Shown: in pieces, positions 40,348 to 47,739 of the stretch
Layout of the letters: each line of letters begins with the position of its first letter
How positions within the stretch are numbered: position 1 is the first letter of the stretch
Source: Gaiellaceae bacterium
GTDB taxonomy: Bacteria; Actinomycetota; Thermoleophilia; Gaiellales; Gaiellaceae
Assembly: GCA_035296805.1 (NCBI GenBank)
Contig: DATHAE010000134.1
Span: forward strand, 1-47,739
Direction: 5' to 3'
DNA: 47,739 nucleotides
Position numbers and translations under genes: made by a program
The notes under the pieces: generated by a model
The model's input: only the letters and a program-made list of their open reading frames with translations
Database searches by the model: none
Told to the model about the DNA's origin: nothing

Positions 40348-41432
40348 GCCGCCGGCACCTCGAGGCGCACGACCGTCCCGAACGGGAAGGAGCGCAGCTT
40401 CACGCCCTCGCCGTAGAACGCCGTCAGCCGGTGGTGCACATTTGCGAGCCCGAGCCCCGTCCCTGCCGACTCGCCCTCCGACACACCGGGCTCGAGCACG
40501 CGCTCGAGCGCCTCGCGGGCGATCCCGCGCCCGTCGTCGCGGACGGTGACACGCAGGCGGCCCCGGCGGACGCGGGCGCGCACGAGCAGGTGCAGGGGCC
40601 GCTCGGTCTTGCCGTGCTTGACCGCGTTCTCGACCAGCGGCTGGACGAGGAACGGCGGCAGCCGCACCGCGCGCGCCTCGGGCGACGCGACGACGGTGAC
40701 CTCGAGCTGCGAGCCGAAGCGCGCCTGCTCGAGCGCGAGGTAGCTCTGCACGTGGCGCAGCTCCTCGTCGAGCGTGACGAAGTCGCCCGGGCGCGACAGC
40801 TTCCACCGTGTGTAGTCGGCGAATGCCCGCACGAGGTCGCGCGCGCGGTCGGGATCGGTGCGGATCAGCGACGCGATCGTGTTCAGCGCGTTGAAGACGA
40901 AGTGCGGCTCCATCTGCGCCTGCATCGCGGTCGTGGTCGCCGTCGCGAGCTGGGAGAGCTGGAGCTGCGCCGAGAGCTGGTCGCCGAGCCGCTCGAGCGT
41001 CGCCACCGTCTCCTCGTGGAGCGGCGACCCGTCGGTCGCGTAGGCGACGACGGCCCCGGCGACGCCGTCCGAGAGCCGCAGCGGGACGACGGCCGCGGCA
41101 CCGAGCGGGCACGCCGGGTGGCCGCACTCGACGCGCAGCGCAAGCGGCGCGAGCAGCGGGCGGTCCTGAGCGAGCGCCTCGAACACCGGGCGGATGGCGG
41201 CGTCGCCGGCGGCGTGGTGGTCGGCGCCGGCGCCGACGAACGCCAGCACGTGCCGCCGGTCGGTGACCGCGACCGCGCCGACGCCGAGCTTCTCGAACAG
41301 CTCGTAGGCGACGGTGCGCGCGGCGCTCTCGGACAACCCGCGGCGGAGCTCCGGAAGCGTGGCCGCCAGAAGCTCGAGCGTCGCCGTCTCGCGCCTCGCG
41401 CGCCGGTGTCTCGGCATGATCGGATCATGCAC
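40344..41432 (-). CDS. LytS/BtsS-type sensor histidine kinase lacking the membrane 5TM receptor domain (GAF-like + His_kinase + HATPase_c)
   Basis: ORF track 40344..41432 (GTG); an alternative ATG lies at 41417. Motifs are H-box EPHFVFNALNTIASL, N-box LVENAVKHG, and G-boxes DDGRGI and GTGLGLANV. No hydrophobic segments are present. Confidence 0.88.
   Translation of the reverse strand: MHDPIMPRHRRARRETATLELLAATLPELRRGLSESAARTVAYELFEKLGVGAVAVTDRRHVLAFVGAGADHHAAGDAAIRPVFEALAQDRPLLAPLALRVECGHPACPLGAAAVVPLRLSDGVAGAVVAYATDGSPLHEETVATLERLGDQLSAQLQLSQLATATTTAMQAQMEPHFVFNALNTIASLIRTDPDRARDLVRAFADYTRWKLSRPGDFVTLDEELRHVQSYLALEQARFGSQLEVTVVASPEARAVRLPPFLVQPLVENAVKHGKTERPLHLLVRARVRRGRLRVTVRDDGRGIAREALERVLEPGVSEGESAGTGLGLANVHHRLTAFYGEGVKLRSFPFGTVVRLEVPAA
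41414..41430. promoter_or_regulatory. 17-nt perfect palindrome gcatgatc-g-gatcatgc containing both divergent start codons (kinase ATG 41417 and Nudix ATG 41427) and two GATC sites
   Basis: Verified base by base (41414-41421 pairs with 41423-41430, centre 41422). It is locally AT-rich relative to the surroundings. Confidence 0.6.
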
Positions 41433-41996
41433 GTCACGGACGCCGTCCTGAAGCCGCTCCGCAAGCGGTACGGCGAGCCGGCGCTGCTCGAGTGGGAGGG
41501 CGAGATCTCACCAACCGAGCACGCGCTCGCGACGTACGACCCGCGCCGGACGCACGACGTGACGCTCTTCATCCTGGATCCGCAGGATCGCCTGGCGCTG
41601 ATCCGCAAGCCGCACTTCGGCGAGGGCGTGTGGCGGCCGCCCGGCGGCGGGATCAAGGTCGACGAGGACTTCGAGGCCGGCGCGGTGCGGGAGGCGCTCG
41701 AGGAGACGGGGCTCGCCGTGCGCCTCGAGCGCTACCTCGTCGCCGCCGACGCGCGGTTTCTCTACGAGCCGCACGACGTCCCGTGGCGCACGCACGTCTT
41801 CCTCGCGCGGACGGACGAGACGGAGCTCGTGCCGGGCGACGTCGAGGAGATCGCAGGCGCGCGGTGGGGGACGCTCGACGAGCTCGCGGGGCCGATCCGA
41901 GTACGGCTGCTCGAGACGGGACGTGCGCTCTGGCGCTATCGCGTCGCGCTGCACGACGCGGCGCTTCAGGCGCTGCGCGGGAGCGCGAGCGAGTAG
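41427..41996 (+). CDS. Nudix hydrolase
   Basis: ORF 40431..41996 trimmed to ATG 41427. Nudix box GGGIKVDEDFEAGAVREALEETGL. Confidence 0.85.
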   Translation: MHVTDAVLKPLRKRYGEPALLEWEGEISPTEHALATYDPRRTHDVTLFILDPQDRLALIRKPHFGEGVWRPPGGGIKVDEDFEAGAVREALEETGLAVRLERYLVAADARFLYEPHDVPWRTHVFLARTDETELVPGDVEEIAGARWGTLDELAGPIRVRLLETGRALWRYRVALHDAALQALRGSASE

Positions 41997-42499
41997 CCGA
42001 CGTCGAGAGGGTGCGGCGGGTACTCGACGACCCTGGTGTCGCCGTTCAGCCGCCACCCTCGGCGCTCGTAGAAGCGCCGCGCCCGGTGGTTCTCCGTCAG
42101 GCACCACAGCTTCGCCTCGTCGTGCGCGGCGGCGATCGCCTCGACCGCCGCGTCGTGGAGGCGGGCGCCGGCGCCGCTCCCCCACTCGTCGGGGACGACG
42201 TACAGGCCGTGCAGCCACTCGCCTTCGATCGCAGCCACTCCGACGGGGCGGTCGTCGCGCTCCGCGACGAGGACGCGGCCGCCGAAGCCGCGCCACCGCG
42301 CGCGAACCTCGTCGTCGGGGTACGGGAACTCCGCGGGCGGAAAGATGTGCGCGAGCGCGCCGACCGACGCCTCGCGCTGGAGGGCGAAGTGCGTCTCCGC
42401 CTCGTGCGGCCCCGAGTCGCGGATCGTCAGCGCCGCAGGTGCTCCTCGATCGCCTCGCGCACGATCGTCGGGAAGTCGTACCGCGGGCGGAGGTTCCAC
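41966..42499 (-). CDS. GNAT-family N-acetyltransferase
   Basis: ORF track 41966..42499. It has the acetyl-CoA motif region (LYVVPDEWGSGAGARLHDAA) and ends ...RARRFYERRGW. The conserved domain starts near LTIRD. A CTG at 42430-42428 overlaps the upstream gene's stop (CTGA), so the real start may be 42430. Confidence 0.8.
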   Translation of the reverse strand: MEPPPAVRLPDDRARGDRGAPAALTIRDSGPHEAETHFALQREASVGALAHIFPPAEFPYPDDEVRARWRGFGGRVLVAERDDRPVGVAAIEGEWLHGLYVVPDEWGSGAGARLHDAAVEAIAAAHDEAKLWCLTENHRARRFYERRGWRLNGDTRVVEYPPHPLDVGYSLALPRSA

Positions 42500-43701
42500 T
42501 CGCGCTCGACGAGGCCGCCGTACGACTCCAGCTCGTAGTCGGTGGCGCCCACCACGTACTCGCGGCCGGCGTCGATCTGCGCGGGGTCGAGCCCGCTCAC
42601 GTGCAGCCGTTCGTGCGTGCGGCCGCGCAGCGGGCGGCGTCGCTCGTCGATCCAGGCCGGCGATCGCCCGACCTCGATCATGCGGCGCAGCCGCTCGCCC
42701 GAGATCGTGGCGACGCCGGGGTTGGCGGAGCTGTCGCAGACGTCCCAGAGCGGGCCGCGCACGACCGGCCCCGGCGGGAGTGGCTCACCCGACAGGACCT
42801 GCCCCGCGACCGCGAGCCCGACCTCGGCCGCCATCCGCTCGCGGAGCATGTCGGCGATCCAGTCGCCGTCGAGCGGACGGTCGACCTCGCCGAGCGTCTC
42901 GCCGAGGAATGCCTCGACCTCGGGCTCGATCCGCTCGGCTTCGGCGACGACGTCGGGGTGCGGCGGCGTCTCGTCGGGGACGGGAATCACGGTGACGCCG
43001 ATGCGGTCGCCGTCGATCTCGATCCGGCCGAGGTGCTGCGCGTACTCGCCGGCGCTCGCAAGCACGACGCCGCCGATGCGGTCGCCGGCCGGGAGGAGGT
43101 GGTGCGAGTGGGCGCAGATCACGAGATCGATCTGGCCGTCGAGCTCGTGCGCAAGCCGCTTGTCGTCGATCGGCGCCTCGTCGGCCTCGTAGCCGAGGTG
43201 CGAGAGAACGACGACGAGCTCGGCGCCGCGCCGTCGCAGGTCGCGCGCGAGCTCGCGGACGAGCGGAATCTCGGGCAGCGCCTCGATCCCGAACGAGATC
43301 GACTCGCCGAAGTAGCCCGCGAACGATGCCGTCACGCCGATCACGCCGACGCTCCCCAGCAGAACCGAGTCGTGCACGCCGTCGACCGGCTTCAGGTTGG
43401 CGAGCAGCAGCGGATACCGCGCAACGCGTGCGTGGTCGGCGATCACCTGCGGGCCGTAGCGCAACCAGGCTGCGTTGCCGACCGTCGCCGCGTCGCAGCC
43501 CGCGGCAGACAACAGCCGGTGCATGGCGGCGCCTTTGGTGATGTTCGAGAGGCGATTCGTCGTCTCCTCGACGTCGCCCGCGTCCAGGTAGAGCACCCGA
43601 TGCGGCGTCTCCTCTCGGACGCGCGCGACGAGTGTCGCAACGCGCGCGAGGCCGTCGATGCGGCCGTGGATGTCGTTCGTGTGCAGGATCGTCAGCCTCA
43701 C
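42427..43701 (-). CDS. Bifunctional metallophosphoesterase / 5'-nucleotidase-like protein (cytoplasmic, no signal peptide)
   Basis: ORF 42427..44217 trimmed to GTG 43701 (VRLTILHTNDIHGR...DAGD...). Calcineurin-like motifs are ILHTNDIHG, LDAGD, SHLG and CAHSHH. A C-terminal 5'-nucleotidase-type domain follows. GTGA overlap with the HAD stop. Confidence 0.85.
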   Translation of the reverse strand: MRLTILHTNDIHGRIDGLARVATLVARVREETPHRVLYLDAGDVEETTNRLSNITKGAAMHRLLSAAGCDAATVGNAAWLRYGPQVIADHARVARYPLLLANLKPVDGVHDSVLLGSVGVIGVTASFAGYFGESISFGIEALPEIPLVRELARDLRRRGAELVVVLSHLGYEADEAPIDDKRLAHELDGQIDLVICAHSHHLLPAGDRIGGVVLASAGEYAQHLGRIEIDGDRIGVTVIPVPDETPPHPDVVAEAERIEPEVEAFLGETLGEVDRPLDGDWIADMLRERMAAEVGLAVAGQVLSGEPLPPGPVVRGPLWDVCDSSANPGVATISGERLRRMIEVGRSPAWIDERRRPLRGRTHERLHVSGLDPAQIDAGREYVVGATDYELESYGGLVEREWNLRPRYDFPTIVREAIEEHLRR

Positions 43702-44345
43702 GCGAGCTCGAGCACCTCCGCGATCGAGCGGACGCGGAGGCCGTCCCACCCGTGGGCCTCCTGCCAGAACGGCTCGCGCCCGTCGGGGAGGATGAGCACG
43801 GGGGTCATCCCGACCCGCGCCGCGCCCGCGAGCTCGTCGTTCGCACCGTCGCCGACGTAGAGCACGTCCTGCGGCTCGACCCCGAGCGCGCGCACCGTCC
43901 GCAGGTAGATCTCGGGCTCGGGCTTCATCACGGCGCAGTCGGAGGAGAAGGTGGTGACGTCGAAGCGCGATGCGAGCGGCGTCCCGGGCCAGGCCGCGGG
44001 CACCTCCTCGGAGCAGACGCTGATCAGCCCCAGCCGGTGACCCCGCACGCGCAGCTCGTCCAGCGCCTCGAGTGCGCCCTCGCGCGGGACGAGCGACCGG
44101 CGCGCGAGGTCGTGGCGCGCCGCGACGTGGTCGGCGATGTGCTCGCGCGGCACGCCGAGCGCCTCGAACGCCGCCGCGAGCGGGCCTGTCTCGCGGCGGT
44201 GATAGTTCTCGTGCCAACGCCGCATGAACGCGTCCTCGTCGACGTCGAAGTGCGCCGCGATCCGCTCCGTCAGCTTGCGCGCCGCCTCGACCGGCCAGTC
44301 GACGAGCGTGTCCCAGAGATCGAAGATCACGGCGCGGTAGCGCAT
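43698..44345 (-). CDS. HAD-superfamily hydrolase (subfamily IA-like)
   Basis: ORF 43698..45584 trimmed to ATG 44345 (MRYRAVIFDLWDTLVDW). Motif IV is YVGDGANDELAGA. It overlaps the decarboxylase 3' end by 19 nt. Confidence 0.8.
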   Translation of the reverse strand: MRYRAVIFDLWDTLVDWPVEAARKLTERIAAHFDVDEDAFMRRWHENYHRRETGPLAAAFEALGVPREHIADHVAARHDLARRSLVPREGALEALDELRVRGHRLGLISVCSEEVPAAWPGTPLASRFDVTTFSSDCAVMKPEPEIYLRTVRALGVEPQDVLYVGDGANDELAGAARVGMTPVLILPDGREPFWQEAHGWDGLRVRSIAEVLELA

Positions 44346-45646
44346 TCGCGCAGCACCTCCCAGGCCCGCGAGACGTCGTCTTCCGTCGTCCGTGCGTTCC
44401 CGATCGCGAGTCTGATCGTCGGCACGCCGCGCAGCTTCGTCGTGGCGACGAAGATCTCTCCCGTCGCGGTCGCGCGGCGCGCGAGCTCGGCGTTGTCGGC
44501 GGTCCGGTGGCGAAAGCAGACGGTCGAGAACGGGTGTGGCGCGGCGATCTCCCACTCGTCGTCGGCCTCGACCCACGAGGCGAAGAGCTGCGCGAGGCGA
44601 ACGTGCTCGCGGATCAGCCCGCGCAGGCCTGCGGCGCCGTACATGCGCAGCACCGTCCAGAGCTTCAGCGCGCGGAAGCGGCGGCCGAGCGCGGGGCCGT
44701 AGTCCTTGAGGTCGACGGCGTCGGCAGTCGCGGCGAGATAGTCGGGGACGAGCGAGAACGCGCGGTGGAGCGCATCGGGCCGCCTCGTCCAGAGCGCCGA
44801 GCAGTCCATCGGCGTGAAGAGCCACTTGTGCGGGTTGACGACGACGGAGTCGGCACGCTCGCAGCCGTCGAGACACCAGCGCAATTCGGGACAGACGGCC
44901 GCGCTGCCGGCGTACGCGGCGTCGACGTGCAGCCAGACGCCGGCCTCCGCGCAGCGCGCCGCGAGCTCCGGAACGGGGTCGACGGCGGTCGTCCCCGTCG
45001 TGCCGACGGTGGCGACGACGGCCGTCGCGTCCGCGAGCGGGAAGTCGGCACGCATCCGGAACGTGTCGTCCGTCTCGACGGTGCGGAACTCGAGCCCGAC
45101 CAGCCGAGCCGCCTTCTCGACGCTGAAGTTCGCCTGCTCCGATGCGTAGACGACGCCTCCCGGCCGCAGCTCGCGCGCCGCCACGAGCGCCGCAACGGTC
45201 GACGTGGACGCTGTGTCCTCGAGGTGCCCGTGCCACTCGCGCGGCAGGCCGAGGAGCTGCGCGAGCCAGTCGAGCACCGTCGTCTCGAGCTCGGTCGCCG
45301 CGGGTGCGGCGAGCCACGTCATCGCGTTCACGTTGAGCGCTGCGATCAGCAGCTCCGCCAGGATCCCGGGCTCGGATCCGGTCGTCGCGAACCAGGCGAA
45401 GAACCGCGGGTGGTTCCAGTGCGTGATCGCCGGCAGGAGCTTCTCGTCGAGGTCGCGGAGGACGGCCGAGAACGGCTCCCCGCGCTCCGGCGGCGCCGCG
45501 GGCAGAGCCGCGCGCACGTCGCCGGGACGGGTCTCCGCCGCAACCGGAAGCTCGCCCACCCTGTCGAGATAGGACGCGGCCCATTCGGACGCTTCATGAA
45601 GGTCGTCGCGGAAGTTCATGAACGTGCTGGAACCTGTGCTGACCAC
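44327..45646 (-). CDS. PLP-dependent group II amino-acid decarboxylase (aromatic-L-amino-acid/DABA decarboxylase family)
   Basis: ORF 44327..45727. The PLP-lysine motif is VVNPHKWLF, with HWNHPRFFAWF and DAAYAG also present. The start is taken as GTG 45646, which has the SD ggagggg 3 nt upstream. The alternative is ATG 45619 (MNFRDDL...). Confidence 0.88.
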   Translation of the reverse strand: MVSTGSSTFMNFRDDLHEASEWAASYLDRVGELPVAAETRPGDVRAALPAAPPERGEPFSAVLRDLDEKLLPAITHWNHPRFFAWFATTGSEPGILAELLIAALNVNAMTWLAAPAATELETTVLDWLAQLLGLPREWHGHLEDTASTSTVAALVAARELRPGGVVYASEQANFSVEKAARLVGLEFRTVETDDTFRMRADFPLADATAVVATVGTTGTTAVDPVPELAARCAEAGVWLHVDAAYAGSAAVCPELRWCLDGCERADSVVVNPHKWLFTPMDCSALWTRRPDALHRAFSLVPDYLAATADAVDLKDYGPALGRRFRALKLWTVLRMYGAAGLRGLIREHVRLAQLFASWVEADDEWEIAAPHPFSTVCFRHRTADNAELARRATATGEIFVATTKLRGVPTIRLAIGNARTTEDDVSRAWEVLRECATAP

Positions 45647-45698
45647 GTACCCCTCCGGTGCCGCCCGGATAACCCTCCGCCCGCTGTTTGCAGGAACT

Positions 45699-47426
45699 TC
45701 ACGAGCGTCGTTTCCGCAGCCGCTCAACCTCGCGCCAGGGACGGGTGTTGAGGACGTCGTCCTTCGACAGCCACGCGCGACGCGCCTGGCCGATCCCGAA
45801 CTCGACGAAGTCGAGCGCGCCGACCTCGTGGCCGTCGGAGTCGATGACCACCTTCAGCCCCGCCTCGCGCGCCGCGCGCGCGTGCACGTCCGTGAGATCG
45901 AGCCGGTCCGGCTGCGAGTTGATCTCGAGGAAGGTCCCCGTCTCGAGGGCCTTCTCGACCACGCGCTCGATGTCGATCGCGGAAGGCGCGCGCTTGTTGA
46001 TCTTCCGGTTCGTGACGTGGCCGATGCAGTCGACGTACGGGTTGTCCATCGCCGCGAGCACGCGCGGCGTCGGATCGGTGTCGAACCCGTGATGGACCGA
46101 CGCGACAACCCAGTCGCGCGTCGCGAGGTCCTCGTCGGCGACGTCGAGCGCGCCGTCGCCGCGGATGTTCACCTCGATCCCCTTCAGGATCCGCATCGAG
46201 CCGACGGCGTCGTTGAGCTCGTCGATCCTGGCCGCCTGCTCCGCGAGCCGGTCGCCGCGCAGCCGCTGCGCGTGGTCGCAGACGGCGTAATAGGCGTATC
46301 CCTTCGCCGCGGCCCGCGCGACCATCTCCTCGAGCGTGTCCTTCCCGTCCGACCACGTCGTGTGGGTGTGCAGGTCGCCGCGGAGGTCGTCCAGCTCAAC
46401 GAGGTCGGGGAGTTCGGCGCGACGCGCCAGCTCGAGCTCGCCGAGCCCCTCTCGCATCTCGGGCGGGATCCAGTCGTAGCCGAGGAAGGCGTAGACCTCC
46501 TCCTCGTCCGCGAAGGCGTGCAGCTGCTCCGACTCCACCTCGGTGATCCCGTACTCGGAGACGGAGAGGCCCCGCCGAACCGCGGCCTCGCGCAGCGCCA
46601 CGTTGTGCGCCTTCGACCCGGTGAAGTGCTGGAGGAGGTTCCCGTACGACTCGGGAGGGACGACGCGCAGGTCGAACCGCAGCCCCTCGTGCGAGAGCAC
46701 CGTCGCCTTCGTGGTGCCGCGCGCGGCGACCTCTACGACCCAACGCAACGAACAGAAGTGGTCGATCAGCGCGGATGGATCCGAGGCCGTCGCGATGATG
46801 TCGAGGTCGCGCACAGTCTCGCGATACCGCCGTGCCGATCCCGCGACCGAGACCTTGTCCGCAGCCGGGTGCTCCGCGAGCACGTCGACGACGGCGCGCA
46901 GCTTCGGCAATGTCGTTCCCAGGAGCGCGCGTCGCGGCCCCTCCTCCGCCGCCGGCTTCGCCAACGCGGCGAGGATCTTCTCCTCCGAGCGCGCGCCGAG
47001 ACCTGAGAGCCCACGGAGCTGTTGCGCCTCGGCAGCCGCGCGCAGACCGGCCACCGTGGTGATCCCGAGCTCCTCCCAGATCCGGCGCGCGGTCTTCGGC
47101 CCGAGGCCCGGCAGCCGCATGAACGCGGCGAGCTCCGACGGCACCGTCGCCTTCTTCTTCGTGAGCGCGTGGATCTCGCCGTCCTCGACGATCTCGACGA
47201 TCTTGCCCTCAATCGTCTTGCCGATCCCCTGCAGGCCCTTGGCACGGCCGTCGAGCGCCATCTGCGCGACGGGGCCGGGCGTCTCGCGGATGCGCTGAGC
47301 CGCCTTCCGGTAGGCCGAGATGCGGAACGAGTCCGCGCCGTCGAGCTCCATCAGGTCGGCAAGCAGGTCGAACTGGTCCGCGACGTGCTCGTTCCTCGGG
47401 AGCGCGGCCGTCACGGCAGCGATCAT
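45699..47426 (-). CDS. polX: Family X DNA polymerase with a C-terminal PHP phosphoesterase domain (PolX)
   Basis: ORF 45699..47456 trimmed to ATG 47426. HhH motifs are GIGKTIEGKI and PGLGPKTARRIWE. The nucleotidyltransferase motif is GSARRYRETVRDLDII and the PHP motif is GDLHTHTTWSDG. Confidence 0.9.
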   Translation of the reverse strand: MIAAVTAALPRNEHVADQFDLLADLMELDGADSFRISAYRKAAQRIRETPGPVAQMALDGRAKGLQGIGKTIEGKIVEIVEDGEIHALTKKKATVPSELAAFMRLPGLGPKTARRIWEELGITTVAGLRAAAEAQQLRGLSGLGARSEEKILAALAKPAAEEGPRRALLGTTLPKLRAVVDVLAEHPAADKVSVAGSARRYRETVRDLDIIATASDPSALIDHFCSLRWVVEVAARGTTKATVLSHEGLRFDLRVVPPESYGNLLQHFTGSKAHNVALREAAVRRGLSVSEYGITEVESEQLHAFADEEEVYAFLGYDWIPPEMREGLGELELARRAELPDLVELDDLRGDLHTHTTWSDGKDTLEEMVARAAAKGYAYYAVCDHAQRLRGDRLAEQAARIDELNDAVGSMRILKGIEVNIRGDGALDVADEDLATRDWVVASVHHGFDTDPTPRVLAAMDNPYVDCIGHVTNRKINKRAPSAIDIERVVEKALETGTFLEINSQPDRLDLTDVHARAAREAGLKVVIDSDGHEVGALDFVEFGIGQARRAWLSKDDVLNTRPWREVERLRKRRS

Positions 47427-47436
47427 AGGCAGGCAC

Positions 47437-47739
47437 ATGCGCGCCACCGTCTGCATTCCGACCTACAACGAACGCGAGAACCTCGAGCCGATGCTCCGGA
47501 CGCTCGCCTCGACCCTCCGCGACGGCGACCGCGTGCTCGTGATCGACGACGCGTCACCGGACGGCACCGGCGAGCTCGCCGACCGGCTCGCGGCCGAGCT
47601 CCCGTTCGTCGACGTCCTCCACCGGCAGCGGAAGGAAGGGCTCGGGCCTGCATATCTCGCCGGCTTCCGGCACGTCCTCGAGACCGACGCCGAGCTCGTC
47701 CTCGAGATGGACTGCGACTTTTCGCACGACCCGAAGGAC
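47437..47739 (+). CDS. GT2-family polyprenol-phosphate mannosyltransferase-like enzyme (Ppm1/DPM1 type), 5' part only
   Basis: Not in the ORF track because it runs off the right edge. My translation from ATG 47437 is MRATVCIPTYNERENLEPMLRTL...VLVIDDASPDGTGELA...GLGPAYLAGF...LEMDCDFSHDPKD. Confidence 0.8.
   Translation, partial: MRATVCIPTYNERENLEPMLRTLASTLRDGDRVLVIDDASPDGTGELADRLAAELPFVDVLHRQRKEGLGPAYLAGFRHVLETDAELVLEMDCDFSHDPKD

Overview
This is a very GC-rich bacterial chromosomal segment (about 70 % by eye, not computed). The protein signatures look actinobacterial: Thr/Pro-rich linkers, an MMPL transporter, a Hanks-type kinase, a Ppm1-type GT2 and PolX. That lineage assignment is only a guess. 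I resolve about 48 densely packed protein-coding genes. I found no rRNA, tRNA, CRISPR array, transposase, integrase or phage structural genes. Most other long ORFs in the six-frame track are Arg/Pro/Ala-rich off-frame or antisense artefacts of the GC content.

Gene order, left to right:
- A SIR2-like gene translationally coupled to a STAND-type NTPase that runs off the left edge.
- A tightly overlapped UDP-diacetamido-sugar type operon (2-epimerase, 6-dehydrogenase, Gfo/Idh/MocA oxidoreductase, hexapeptide acetyltransferase).
- A SpoIID / S8 protease / unknown secreted protein operon, divergent from a membrane Ser/Thr kinase.
- dTDP-rhamnose genes (rfbB; MFS-rfbA-rfbC-rfbD).
- DJ-1/PfpI and a DUF5995-like gene.
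- An MMPL - LuxR(TPR) - SnoaL - collagen-like secreted protein run.
- hsp20-lon.
- A multicopper oxidase plus a small membrane protein.
- A long minus-strand run: split TauE/SafE, hypothetical, SAM-methyltransferase, M23 peptidase, two ABC exporter genes.
- otsB.
- A soluble LytS-type kinase - LytTR regulator - BNR/sialidase-like operon.
- Nudix.
- A decarboxylase - HAD - 5'-nucleotidase-like - GNAT operon.
- PolX and a partial ppm1-like GT2.

The best candidate for a novel system is the split SIR2 effector + STAND NTPase pair at 1-1647. It is only partly visible.

Secondary items:
- Twelve 4-nt start/stop overlaps.
- Many divergent gene starts 40 nt or less apart.
- A 17-nt perfect palindrome containing two divergent start codons.
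- Two SD-sequestering hairpins.
- An in-frame-TGA-interrupted ORF.
- A TauE/SafE transporter encoded as two half-size genes.
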